Shown: positions 1 to 13,290 of the stretch, one piece after another
Layout: every line of letters begins with the position of its first letter
Position numbering within the stretch: position 1 is the stretch's first letter
Assembly (NCBI RefSeq): GCF_006345805.1
Contig: NC_043004.1
Coordinates: 105,648,001-105,712,000, forward strand
Direction: 5' to 3'
DNA length: 64,000 bases
DNA from: Octopus sinensis
Lineage: Eukaryota
Notes under the pieces: model-generated
Told to the model about the DNA's origin: nothing
The model's input: only the letters and a program-made list of their open reading frames with translations
Databases searched by the model: none
Program-made: the position numbers and the translations under genes

Positions 1-1126
1 AAATTCTCCAAGACAGAACCTAAGAATGGCCATGAAAAACAATAAACTCTGCACAGGCAGTTTTTACAATGGAAATCCTACAATAATCTTCCATTTTGTT
101 TTTTTCCAAAGACATTGTTCTCATTCCAGTTAAATCATTTATTAAAGAACAAAAATAGCAAATTTATGTTTATTCATAACCCAAATATAATAACAAGTGC
201 TTCAAACGCAATTATCTCGTAATATTTTAATCCTTTCTTTCATACTGTCAACAAGCTATTTTAATAATACAATCTTTAATTTATACCAAACTCTCAATGT
301 AGAATTGTCATACGTGTAAATTGTTTGCTATCAAAAGTTCTTGGAATTTAGATTTTAATTGATCACTTGCCATAAATCCTCAATAAGGTTCAACAGGGTA
401 TTAAATTAATGACCTCAGAGAAAATTTGGTCAAATAAGCCAGAGTAATTTCATCGTCATTGCTGTTGTTGTCATCATCTTCATTGTCAGCATCCTCATCA
501 TTGCCATCATCGTCATCATCACCATCATATAATGTTCACTTTTCCATGCTTGTCTGGGTCAGATGGAAGTTATTGAAACAAATTCTCTATAGCTGGATGC
601 TCTTTCCATCACCAACCCTTATCTGTTTTTAACCAAGGTAATAATTCCCCGTGGCTATACATGTTTTTTTTTTTATGGAAGACTGCTTGAATGACAATAA
701 TGCTCATTTGCAACCATCACACGATGTCTAGACAAGAGTATGTATAATCTCTCTCTCTCTCAACCCCCACACCCCCACATACACATACACACACACAATC
801 CATACATACATATATAAATAAGTTGCATAAAATGTAGATTCAAAGAAACATGTGGCTATCACAGTAAGCTCCTTTTATGGATTTGGCAATCAGCCCACAT
901 AGTAATCAATTACCAAAAAATGTAGTGTAGAGTATCCATGTAAGTGAAAATTTACAAGATCCAATCGATGAAGTTATTTCATGAGGAGTATATAAAAGCA
1001 TAATGTCAGAAGGCATTAAAGGTGTAAGGAGTGAAATGTTTGGTGCCTTGCCATACTCAAGGAAACTCATACTCCACAGCAGAAGTGTTAAGACCGATCC
1101 TTCTGGTGGTGCAAAGCACTCATGAT

Positions 1127-1525
1127 AGTGTCACATAAAAACACCCATGTAGTGCCTTATAAAAGTGTCCATGCGGTGCCATGGGAAAGCGCACATGTGG
1201 TGTCACATAAATGTGCCTGTGCAGTGTCACATAAATGTACCTATGCAGGGCCATGTAAAAGAGCCTGTGTGGCACACGTAAACACCCATGCAGTGCCACA
1301 TAAAAGCACCTGTGCAGTGTCACATGAAAGGCCCATGCAGTGCTATGTAAAAGCAACCAGCACACTCTGTAGAGTGGTTGGCATTAGGAAGGGCATCCAT
1401 CCATTGGAACCATGCCAAATTAGACTGAGTCTGGTGTAGTTTCCCAGCTTGCCTGCTCTGGTCTTACTGTTCAGCCCATGCCAGCATGGGCAATGGACAT
1501 TGAATGATGATGATGATGAGGATGA
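1127..1525 (+). mobile_element. RTE-LINE-type 3' tail copy with an expanded 24-bp subrepeat array and (GAT)n tail
   Basis: Matches the 3' UTR of the RTE at 15.7-15.9 kb (gagtggttggcattaggaagggcatcc...ccatgccagcatgg...gatgatgat); preceded by ~10 copies of a 24-bp GTGCCACGTAAAAGCACC-like unit. Confidence 0.75.
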
Positions 1526-1804
1526 TTTCCATATGATTACAGCTGTTTCGCAGCCTTATTCATGTAGTATTAATTTCAGTATGGAAGAAATTATGCATAC
1601 ATGTTTGTATTAATATGTATGCTTGGCATTATACAATACAATTCTATGCTTTACATTATCGAGCGATTACTGTTTCAATCTCATTCTGAGATTTAATTAT
1701 GCTTACTGTTCGTTTTTCGACATCAGTGGCAGACGCCATTAGAAAAACTTATATATGATTTGCAAAGAAGCCTTCACTTTCATCGCTACCTGGTGGTTAC
1801 CGCC

Positions 1805-1838
1805 CGTTGACGAGGGACAAAATCCCGAAACTAGTTCG
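1805..1838 (+). ncRNA. Minimal type I hammerhead ribozyme-like motif (variant core)
   Basis: CG-TTGACGA-GGGA caaaa TCCC-GAAAC-TA-GTT-CG: perfect 4-bp stem II and palindromic stem III; C3 is U, the triplet is GUU and stem I is only 2 bp. Confidence 0.5.
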
Positions 1839-2299
1839 TATCACTCAGGCTTGCGAGGAAGGGATGGCCTCCCTTTGCAAATACTCCAAGGACACTGATA
1901 TTGTGTCTAAAGCCAGCTTGAGACGAAGATACAGTAACACTCCCTCCCCAATGTGGTTAGCCATGATAAGATGGCTTCTATACTTTACATGTATTATTTT
2001 TCTTTTATCTATAACTTGTTTAAATCATTAAACTCTGACCATGCTGGAATCTCAAAGAAATTCTAGTTGAATGAATTGAGACAGTGCTTGATATTCTTAA
2101 AGTCTTTCTACTTATTTTGTTGCAGAATTGTTAGCATGCAAGGTGAAATGTTAAGCAGCATTTAATCCATCTTTATGTTTTGTATTCAAATTCTGCCAAA
2201 TTCAACTTTGGGGTCAATAAAATAAGTACCAGTTGAGTACTGAGGTTGATGTAATCAACTTAGCTACTCCTCCTGGGTAAGGGTAAGGGTAAGAGTAAA

Positions 2300-2620
2300 G
2301 GCCCCCTTCCATGATTAATGCACCAAGAAAGTTACCCTCCAGGGCATAAGTCCAAGCAAGGTTGTTTATTGAAGACCAGCAGCTACCCATGCATTTCAGC
2401 CTTCCCCTCTCCATGCCATCACTGTTATCCATGGGGAAGGCGAAGGCTGATACAGCTTGGCACCAGTGATGTCACAACTTATTTCTACAGCTGAGTTAAT
2501 TGGTGCAATGTGAAATAAAGTGTCTTGCCCAAAAAAACAACACAAAATCCTATCCAGGATTTGAACTCATTACCTCATGATTGTGAGTCTGATGCTCTAA
2601 CCACTGAACCATGCCCCTTC
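2300..2620 (-). mobile_element. tRNA-derived SINE, family E (related copies at 17430-17750 +, 18840-19140 -, 59895-60205 -)
   Basis: tRNA-like head with A/B-box remnants and a shared core (ttgagcaagacactttatttcacattgctccagttcac...gccaagctgtat...ggtcttcc) across the four copies. Confidence 0.7.
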
Positions 2621-3109
2621 ATTCCAGGGTATGAGTTTATAAAAACAACATCTCTCTACCAAGCCATGTTGAACCAGTGTGGCAGAGTAGGCTCAACAAA
2701 CTAGTATGATCTCAAGCCATTATCTGGAGGAGAGAACATACTGAGGCCTTTGTCCTGCTGTGGAATGAACATAAGCAATCCAATATAATCCAAGACATTA
2801 TCTAATGCATGTATTCTTGATTATCACTGTTCCATTTGCCATTTGTCTGGGATAAAATAGTACACATAATTGTGAAGCATGTTATATTTATCATGGATCA
2901 ATCTGTGATATCATGGGACAGCAACCAGTCAAAGATTCTGTGTGTGCTGCAAAAATGTGCCTCGGTGATGGTCCACAATACTCAGCTGCCCAGAAAGCAT
3001 TCATCTTGATTATTGCTCATAAAAATATGACAGTGCTGTGAGGCTGAATACTTTTTTTATATTGGTTTCCATACTCATACTTGTCAATATGGGACTAATT
3101 TTTTATTGT

Positions 3110-3538
3110 GTACCTTTTGCTGGTTTCAGTCATTAGACTGTGGACATTCTGGGGGACAGCCTTAAAGGATTATTAATTGAACGAATCGACCAAAATATAT
3201 AATTTTTTAAGACTGGTACTTATTATATTGGTTTATTTTTGCCAAAGTGTTAAGTTATGGGAATGTAAACACACCAATACCAGTTGTCAAGTGGTAGTGT
3301 GGTACAATCACACACAAACGCACTCACACACACGCACACACACACACACACTCACACACACACATATGTATATGACAGGCTTCTTTCAGTCTCTGTCTAC
3401 TAAATCCACTCATAAGTCTTTGGCCAGCCCAAGACTATAGTAGAAGGCACTTGCCAAAAGTGGCACAGACTGGGACTGAACCTGGAACCATGTGGTTGGG
3501 AAGCAAGCTTCTTACAACATAGCCACACCTGTGCCTAA
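3110..3538 (-). mobile_element. tRNA-derived SINE, family A
   Basis: Reverse complement of the full family A sequence: head, internal CA tract, tail. Confidence 0.75.
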
Positions 3539-4135
3539 TGAACAGAACAAATACAAAGGTACCTGATCCTTACAAATAGTGCAGGTAAATAGAGAAAACA
3601 TAGAGACAATCATGGAAATATGTGATGGAGGAAACCTTGCAGCTATGGGTTGCTATGGATAGACGAAATCTTGCTGCTAAGTGTGTGCAACTGATTCATT
3701 TATCAATAATTCACTTATCACTGACTCACTTATCACTGATTCACTTATCACTGTTTTTGGGAACCAAACACCAATGATAAGCAAGAACAGATGTATATCT
3801 ATACCATGGTTTATGACAGTAAAATGTGATTTAAGTGAGATTTGGTTGGTATTTCTACCATACACTGGCTTCTTTTGTTGGCTTTGGCATTGAAATGGTA
3901 GAAAGGCTAATGGAATTTAGAGAGCAGAGTTGAAGAAAAGTATGCAATGAAAACAGCTGCTCTGCTCCAGAATATGGAAGACAAGATATATGGCTAATTA
4001 CAGTTACAAGTGAAGTGTTGCTTATCACCTGTACAAGTACAGGTGATAAACAACATAGTTGCTTACTTTATAATGAACCTTGGTTTGTGTATTTATTGCT
4101 TATATCCTGCTGGCTCACTCACCCAATCAGATACA

Positions 4136-4228
4136 TACATACATGCATACATACATACATACATACATACATACATACATACATACATACATACATACAT
4201 ACATACATACGTACATACATACATACAT
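4136..4228. repeat. (TACA)n microsatellite
   Basis: Near-perfect tetranucleotide run. Confidence 0.95.
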
Positions 4229-5039
4229 AAAGTATAAAGTGAAGATGAAGAGAGCTTTGGAAGCCTGAACTGGGTGGTAGGTTATATACCAGTTTGTCAA
4301 AAAATATGGCAAAAATATAATTCTGGTATAAAATAGTTTGTAGACTGACTCACAAGAACAACCCCCAGATTTCTTTTTTATATCATTGTTATTGTTGTTA
4401 TCGTTGTTGTTATTGTTATTTTCATGGATGTTGTTTGTGTGATGTTTATTTTTTTAGTTAATGACTGTTCCTATTTATTTTATCATTATTACACTTCATC
4501 ACTTTTTTTATGTTTAAAGTGTTGCGCGTGTGTTCTTGTTGATGATGATGTTAGGTGTGCGTATATATGTGAGCATGTGTGTTGTGCTTTTGTTGTTTGC
4601 GGGGTTTTTTTTAATATGATTTTGAACATTTTTTTCCTTCTCTCTCATCTCATCTCCCTCTGGGAGAGAAGATGGGAAGGAACATTGATAATAATGATAA
4701 TAATACAACATGCAATCCTGGAATTATGCAGTTAAGAGAGACATCTACCTTGTTGGTGCCAAATAATAAACAGTAAGACAGAAGTGATTCTAAATAAACA
4801 CCTCACAAAAATAACTGCATACATACATACATACATACACACATACATACATACATACATACATATGCACACATGCATGCATACACATGTACAAACACAC
4901 ATCTGCACTCAGACATGAACCTAGATATGTAGACTTATGCACATCCACATCTACACATAGTCTCTTATGCTTTGTACTTATACATATACACGCATAAGTG
5001 TGTGTGTATGTTATTTTTATCTATATATGTGTGTGCATT

Positions 5040-5063
5040 GTATAATTATATATATGTGTGTGT

Positions 5064-5099
<36 letters not shown>

Positions 5100-5200
5100 C
5101 ATATATATGTATATATATATATACATATATATATATGTATATATATATATATATGTGTATATATATATATATCTTTTATATATTTGTATATTTGTTGTGT
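5040..5200. repeat. (TA)n-rich microsatellite
   Basis: Interrupted TA dinucleotide tract. Confidence 0.95.
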
Positions 5201-5390
5201 AGATGTGTGTTTGGTGTGTGTGCTTAGAAGGCAATGAACTGAGAGATTCTTTAGAGTATTGGATAAATTACTTTGTTTTATTTGGTCTGACTCTTTGCAG
5301 TATACAAGTTCAAATCCAACCATGGCCAACATTGCTCCAATCAAGTCTTAAGTCTGATTCTCCTCTCCCTATCTTTCAATCTAATCTCAC

Positions 5391-5485
5391 TTTCTTCTTC
5401 TTCTTCTTCTTCTTCTTCTTCTTCTTCTTCTTCTTCTTCTTCTTCATCTTCTTCTTCTTCTTCTTCTTCTTCTTCTTCTTCTTCT
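5391..5485. repeat. (CTT)n microsatellite
   Basis: About 31 CTT units with one interruption. Confidence 0.95.
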
Positions 5486-5909
5486 GCATATATAAGATGA
5501 AAGGCTTTTTACCTAAAGCTGGAGAGAGACTCCCACAATGGCTAACAGGAAGTGAAGATCCCTACCACAACCTAAGATGACACTTAACAGTTATGCACAC
5601 ACACACACACACACGCACGCACACACACATGCACATACACATACACACATGCATATTTCCCAATACATCTTTTGTTCTATTTTTATGTAATAAGTAGAGT
5701 GTGCTTAATGATATTATCCGTTTCCTCAATGGCATGTCAGTTTTGGAGAATCCTTGATTCGTGAGATTATCTCCCCTTGCTCATGTGGAGAAGGGGAGAT
5801 AATTACCATTTGGTAATCATGATACATCCCCCAGGGATGGAAATAATTTTATTAAATATAGAATTTATGTTGAATGATATTTGATATATCTGTCTACATA
5901 CATAAAACC

Positions 5910-6972
5910 TCATCCTCCTCCTCTTCCTCCTCCTCATCATCATCAGCAGCAGCATCATCATCATTTAACTTTCTGTTTTCCTAGATGGTATGGGTTGGAT
6001 GGTTTTAAAGGTGCTGGCAAGCCAGATGACAGTACCAAGCTCCACTGCCTGTTTTGACATGGTCTCTGTAGCTGGATACCCCACCTGACACCACCTACTT
6101 TGCAGGGGTTCTGGGTGCTTTTTATGGTTATCTGGCTAGAACATCAAATAAGTTGAAGGACAAAGCTCCCCAACTGAGTGGGAATAATATTGAGGGAGGT
6201 GGCTTTGTGTTGGGGGATGAGAAGGCTAGGGTAAAATAGAGGGATAGAAACTGGCATCTTGCAAAGGAAGCTGCCTCATTTGAAAAAGGTGGGAGAGAAG
6301 ATTATGAAGGGCCTTATCCCTGCATCAGAGGGAGGATATAAGTGAGGTGGTACAGAGGATTGGATTGGAATAGGTTTAGTGGGCATGAAAGTCTGTGAGA
6401 GAGTGAAAGAAGAATAGGAGAGGTGAAGAAAGAAGCGGGGTTAGGAAGATAAGTTGTAGGAGAGAAAGGAACAAATTGAGCACAAGAAAGTTTGTGTGAA
6501 AGGTGTATGGGAGATAAAGGGGAGGGAAATGCAGTAAGTAGTGAACACTGGTGGAGGAATGGGGGTTAGGTAGATGAGGGGCATAGACATGAATGGTGTG
6601 CATTTAGAGCCTTGCTTTCATAGGCCTTCTCAAGCACAACACATTGCCAGTCATCTTGATCCTTTGTCATCTCCTCTGTTGAGGCTCAGCATATGAAGTT
6701 CATTTTCCCCACCTTGTCTCACATCTTCATAGGTCTTACACTTCCATGGACTCCATCCACATTTAGGCACCAGGATATTTCCATGCGGCTATCCTCATCC
6801 ATATGCATCACATGATCATACAAGTGCAGTCTTTTTCTGTTGCACATGACATCTGATGCCTCTTATGTCCAGTTTTTTCAGTGCATTTATACGTTGTCTT
6901 ACTGATGTCGCACTGATGTCGCACATCCAGCAGAGCATGCTGCTTTCATTTCTTTTCAACCTTCAGATACAT
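5910..6972 (-). mobile_element. Decayed 5'-truncated RTE LINE (ORF2 C-terminus, 3' UTR and (GAT)n-like tail)
   Basis: Minus-strand translation gives RTE C-terminal remnants (ERNESSMLCWMC..., LYDHVMHMDED, EEMTKD.DDW) homologous to 15040-15385; tail at ~5910-5965. Confidence 0.75.
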
Positions 6973-7780
6973 GCAAATATGGAAGTGTGTTTATACATAT
7001 ATTGTATTTTTCTTTTCATTGTTTCAGTTCTTGAACAGTGGCCATGCTGGGGCACCACCTTGAAGGGTTTAGTTGAATAAATCCATCCCAGTACTTTTTG
7101 TTCTTTTGATCTCTTTTGCTGAACCACTAAGTTACAGGGATATAAACAAACCAATATTGGTTGCCAAATTACCTATTACAATTCGTCTTGGCCTAAAGGC
7201 TCTTAATATTTGTCTTCGTCAGTTGTTTACTTTGTACGTCCACTCTGTTGTTATTTGTTTGTTCAAAGCCCTAACTCTCCACAAATTTTATATCTTTAAA
7301 ATTGTTAAAAGCATAAAAGAGGGAGTAATAAAACAGTCGACAACTGAGGAGGAGTTATACTTCTTTTGGTATTTTGTCCTGTACTTATCACTGTGTGTTT
7401 ACATATTTTTCACTCGTTGGTGATGTCCTGTACTTAATGTGTATTTTTTATTTATATATACACACATGTGGTTTAATAACTGACATGACTCCCATCACTT
7501 TCACACATGGATAGGTACAGATAAACATAAAACTCACAGATCTACCTTCTCTGCTCTTTTTTAAGTTCCTATTATTTTCTCTACACTGATGAGTACATCG
7601 ATTTTTGCAAATTCTAAAATGAATTCATATCTATGTACGAAACGAATGTATGCATGAATAAACTTCTTACAACTTTTTAACATATTATCTCCTACATTTT
7701 TAACAAATATGATTGGATTTGTAGAACTTCATTCCATAAATTAATCATACATACATACATATATGTATGTATGTGTATAT

Positions 7781-7849
<69 letters not shown>

Positions 7850-7850
<1 letters not shown>

Positions 7851-8062
7851 TCATCATTGTTTAACGTCCGCTTTCCATGCTAGTATGGGTTGGACGATTT
7901 GACTGAGGACTGGGGAACCAAATTGGCTGCACCAGGCTCCAAATTGATCTGGCAGAGTTTCTACAGCTGGATGCCCTTCCTAATGCCAACCACTCCGAGA
8001 GTGTAGTGGGTGCTTTTACATGCCACTGGCACGAGGGCCAGTCAGGTGGTACTGGCAAATAT
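7850..8062 (-). mobile_element. RTE 3'-tail copy
   Basis: Reverse complement of the tail (tttaacgtccgctttccatgctagtatgggttggacg...). Confidence 0.8.
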
Positions 8063-9215
8063 ATATAAATATATGGCTTTAACACAGTTTCTTTTTACCA
8101 AATTTATTCACAAAGCATTTGCTGACCTGGGCATAGCAAAAGATGCCCAAGGTGTCTCACAATGGGACTGAACCTGAAACCACAAGGTCACAAAGGGAAC
8201 TTCTTAACCATACAACCAAGCTTGCACCTTAGCTAGGCAGTCATGTATGTACATATCAATGATATATATATTTTTCTGATAGTAGGAGGGGGCAGAAATC
8301 AATATAATTATAATATTAATGATTATCAATATGAAAAAAAATTTCAAAAATCATGTTCATCTTATTTATGAACTCATACCTGCAAAAGAAAAAAAAAACT
8401 GCTTCAAACAAAGGAAAAATATAAATGCCAGTTTTGATTTTTTTTTAATTTCCAATTTATGAACCTATAAATGACCTCTTTTCTCTTTCTTACTTCCCCT
8501 ATTTTTTTTTTTTTCGCAAATTAATTACATGTCTTCAATGATTTACAATTTGAAAAAGAATAATTATTTCTCCATCTTTTACAAAACATTGGTAGAACAG
8601 GAAAGGTAGATGTATATGTGAGCTGCGCTTTACTATCCTCTGACGATTATAAAATTCAAAAAAACCTTAATTTTCCTTCTATTTATTAACTCATAAAATA
8701 AATGAAAACTAAAATTCTTCCTTTACCATATCATGTTTTTTTTGTTTATGTTTTTAATTTTGTGACATTGATAAAGAGTAAATGAAATGAGAGAATATAT
8801 TTTATTTCCTGTGCTATCACCATTAATAGGCAAAGAAGAATGGTACAAAATATTCATCTGCATTAGTGGAGAAATTATTTTCTATTATAAGAAACATGCT
8901 TAATGGAAAACAAAATGAAAATTTAATGGGTTTTCATGATTAAGAATAGTCGATAGTGTAATCATCATTGCTGTCATTGTCATTGTTTTAATATTTACTT
9001 TTCCATGCTGACATGAATTTGTTGAGACAGATTTTCTATGGCTGGATGCACTTCCTGTCACCAACCTTCACCTATTTTCAAGTAAGGTAGTATTCCCGCC
9101 ACCACTTCCTTCCATGACTAGATATATTTTACATGAAAGATTGGAAACAGACAATACAACTTGCATGATGGTGACACTCGCTTACAACGATCACACAATG
9201 TCAAGGCAAGGAGAC

Positions 9216-9282
<67 letters not shown>

Positions 9283-11586
9283 GATGGGATTCTTTCAGTT
9301 TCTGTCTATCAAATTAACTTACAAGGCTTTGGTTGGCCTAGTTTCCTACAAGAAGACACTTGCCCAAGGTACCAAACAATGGGACTGAACACAGAATCAT
9401 GTGGTTGCAAAGCAAACATTCTTATTACACAGTCATGTCTGTGCCTGTAGCCACATGTTTGCTTATAGTCACATCACTGCCTATAGTCACACCCACATCT
9501 ATAGCCTGTACCTGTGTCCACACCTGTGCCTATAGCTATACTTGCACCTGTATAGCTATATTCGCTGGGTAGAGGTTTGCTTGTGGTTGATTGGTTAGTT
9601 TCATTGGGTAATTAGGGCAGGGTGAGTATTATTTAGGTGCGAGTTACCTCGTTTAGTTAAGCACATTTTTTCTCATGTGTTTATCCCGTACGTATGTATG
9701 TATATATACACACACACATACAACAGACTTCTACACAAGGTTTCCTTACAGTTTCTGTTTATCAAATTCACTCACAAGGCATTGATCAGTGTAGAGGTAT
9801 AGTAGAAAATATTTGCCCAACATGCCGTGCAGTGGGACTGAACTTGAAACTACAAAGCTGCAAAGCATGCTGTTCGACCACACTGTCATATCTCCACCTA
9901 AACAGAATAGAAACATTGAGAATCAGGGTATGGACGATTACAATATCTAATATGCCCTGATCTCATTCGATACACTCAAATACGATTTGTGAGAGAGTTG
10001 ACTGTTATTTCTAGCAGGTCAAAGAACCACATTAAGGTTTCAGATGGAATGGATATAGTTTCTTAGAATTTTATGGACTTTTACATTCAAACGGGCTGTG
10101 ATGAGCTTTAAACCTTTCTGTTCAACCAGCTTCCCATTTTGTTGTTCATCATTTTAAATTCCATTTTTACTTCAAATTTAGGAATTCAGAAAACTCCATT
10201 CTTGCTAAAATTCAGCAATTTTTGTCATTTTCAAACAGAATAGAAACACTCAACTCATTCCCGATTTGCACATTTAAATCAGCAGAGGTTATCTTTAAAA
10301 TCTCTATTTGAGACCATTTTAAAATTGTAAAACAAAATGTCCTATTATTCAGTGGTTTTGTCATGTGTAAAGACCAGAGAAACAAAACAACCTTACTTGA
10401 ATATCAGATAAGGGTTTATAACAGAAACAAGCATCTAATTGTAGAGTACTGCCTTAATAACTCTCATCCAACCCATACCAGCAAGGAAAATGTAGTTGTA
10501 AAAACAATGGTGGTGGTGGTGGGGGTGGTATTTTAAAACTTGGTTGTTTCTTCAGATTTTAAAATCCTGATGGTTACAATCTTATTGAAATTTGCAAATG
10601 TTTAGGATTTTCTGATGGGGTAGGAAATCATAAATTTTCTTGGACTTACACATTTAGTTTAGCTGGGTTAACTTTAAATATTTTGGACCATTAGTACATT
10701 TGCTACCGCAAATTAAGGAATTTTCACAATCACAGTCTTTTCAAAATTTGCCAATTCTCTGTATTTCTAGATCAAGAAGAATGCTTTTAATTTTACCAGG
10801 CTCACACAGTTAAACCAAGTGTGATGTGCTTTATATCTTTATTTAGCAATAACAGCACATATTTGCATTCATGAAATTGATTTTGTTGTTACTTCAAATA
10901 TGCTAATTCTGTTGACACCCATTCCACAATCCTGATAAAATTGGCCAGTTTGCATCATTTTCTAATAAGGTAAAATTTTTTAAATTTCTTCAGACTTAAA
11001 CATTTAATTCGACTGGGATGAACTTTAAATCTTTATTGATGGACCATTAGCATATATTAAAATTAAAAGGAACAACGAAATTATTAAGAAAATGCAACCA
11101 AGTCTAGCTTTCAAGAAATTCAAGTATTTTTGTTATTTATTATTAATTATAGGCACAGGTGTGGCTGTGTGGTTAAGAAGCTTAATTCTCAACCATATGG
11201 TTGTGGGTTCAGTCTCACTGCATGGCACATTGGGTAAGTGTCCTCTACGATAACCCTGGACTGACCAAAGCTTTCTGAGTGGGTTTGGTTGATGGAAACT
11301 GAAGGAAGCCCATCATGTGTGTGTGTGTTTCTTTGTCTTTACATCATGTGATAGTTGTAAATGAGTGCCACTGTCATACAATCAGTGTCATTCCTTTCTA
11401 ATATTTCTGTGAGAACATGTTTGGCTCTGGGGAAACATTACCTTGCTTGGAAATAGGTTAAGAGTAGGCAACAGAGAGGGCATCCAGCTATAGAAAATAT
11501 ACCTCAATAAAATCCATCCAACCATACAAACATAGAAAAGTGGATGATGGTGGTGATGATAGTGATGATGATGGTGATGGTGGTGG

Positions 11587-11617
<31 letters not shown>

Positions 11618-12062
11618 AATGATTGTGGTGGTGGTGGTTGTGGTGGTGGTGGTGTTGTTGTTGGTGGTGATGGTGATGATGATGATGATGAACAACTGCT
11701 ACAAAATTTAGCTGAGTCACTAAATTAACAATTAGTTTCTGGTTGGTACACTCATCTGTTCACTCCACTAATTAGCCTTCTTTGCAATTAAACAGCTCCA
11801 CTATCAGTAAAATACCATGGACACGTCATCGCTTTCAGACTACTTCTATATAACCCTCTGTTTTTTACCTACTCAATGGAGACACCTTTTTCTGCCACAT
11901 AAAAAGTGCTGGTGATGGTACCTCGTAAAAAGCACCCAGTACATTCTGTAAAGTGGTTGGCATTAGGAAGTGTCATAGAAGCCAAACCAAAACAGACTGT
12001 GGAACTTGGTGAAGCCCCTAGCCTTGCCAGCTTCTGTCAAGTTGTCCAACTCATGCCAAATG

Positions 12063-12099
<37 letters not shown>

Positions 12100-12137
12100 C
12101 TGATGCTGATGATGATGATGTAAAAACTAATACAGTA

Positions 12138-12334
12138 TAGGCATAGGAGTGGCTGTGTGGTAAGTAGATTGCTTACGAACTGCATGGTTCTGGGTTCAGT
12201 CCCACTGCGTGGCAACTTGAGCAAGCGTCTTCTACTATAGCCTCAGGCCAACCAAAGCCTTGTGAGTGGATTTGGTAGATGGAAACTGAAAGAATCCCAT
12301 CGTATATATGTATATATATATATATTATATATAT

Positions 12335-12400
<66 letters not shown>

Positions 12401-12590
12401 GTGTGTATATGTTTGCATGCCTGTTGCTTGACAACTGATGCTGTTGTGTTTACGTCCCCGTAACTTAGTGGTTTGGCAAAAGAGACCGATAGAATAAGTA
12501 CTAGGCTTACAAAGAATATCCTGGAGTTGATTTGCTAAAGTTATGGTCACAGTCAAATGACTGAAACAGGTAAAAGAGTAAAAGAGTATA
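12138..12590 (+). mobile_element. tRNA-derived SINE, family A, full length
   Basis: A-box-like tggctgtgtgg, B-box-like ggttcagtcc, internal TA/TG tract and (aaagagt)n tail. Confidence 0.85.
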
Positions 12591-12963
12591 GAAGGGACTA
12601 TCCACAGGAGGCTCCATAGGTGTCCTTCAAATAGTAGCAATAAGAAGGGAAGGTAACTCTGATCAGTAAGTGATACAAAGTAAAAGGATTCTTTAATCCT
12701 TCTGGAGACAACAGCATTAATGTCAATAACATAAATTGCATGATAAGGTGCAGTGAAGTGGGTGTGGATGAAAAAAAAAAGAAACACTTTGTTATTGAAA
12801 CCATTCTCTCACAAAAAAGGAATGAACAATGGAACATAGATTCTGTGAGGTACAGTGTTTGCTGCAAAATAGTTACTGATAAGAGAGATATCAAGCCATA
12901 AAAATCTTTGCCAAAAAAAGGAAATACACTATAACAAAGTTGGCTGCTTTTCGCTGTTGCTGC

Positions 12964-13004
<41 letters not shown>

Positions 13005-13010
<6 letters not shown>

Positions 13011-13290
13011 GGTACATAAGTTTGATATCTGGCAGTGCATTGGGTCCTTGAGCAAGATGCTTTATTTCACATTATTCCAGTCCACTCAGCTGGCAAAAAT
13101 GCATTGTACCTGTTATAGAAAGGGCCAGCCTTGTCCCACTCTGTGTCATTCTGAATTTCCCTGAGAGCTACATAAAGGGTATGTGTGTCTGTGGTGTGCT
13201 CAGCCCCTCACACATTAATTTTACAAGCTGGCTGTTCCATCGATTGGATCAACTGGAACCCTCAAGATTGTAATTGATGGAGTGCCAGTG
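13005..13290 (+). mobile_element. SINE family F (related copies at 35055-35160 - and 52395-52720 -)
   Basis: Shared core (ccttgagcaag...tttatttcacatt...agtccactcagctggcaaaaatg) and tail (ggatcaactggaaccctc) among the copies. Confidence 0.65.

Noticed and set aside
1127-1362. Regularly spaced repeats resembling a CRISPR array (also 47417-47715)
   Set aside because: The units are contiguous and diverged with no unique spacers or cas genes, and the context is eukaryotic.
3600-3662. TIMEICDGGNL, similar to a kinase hinge motif
   Set aside because: Bounded by stops within ~30 codons, with no other kinase motifs and no convincing splice sites.
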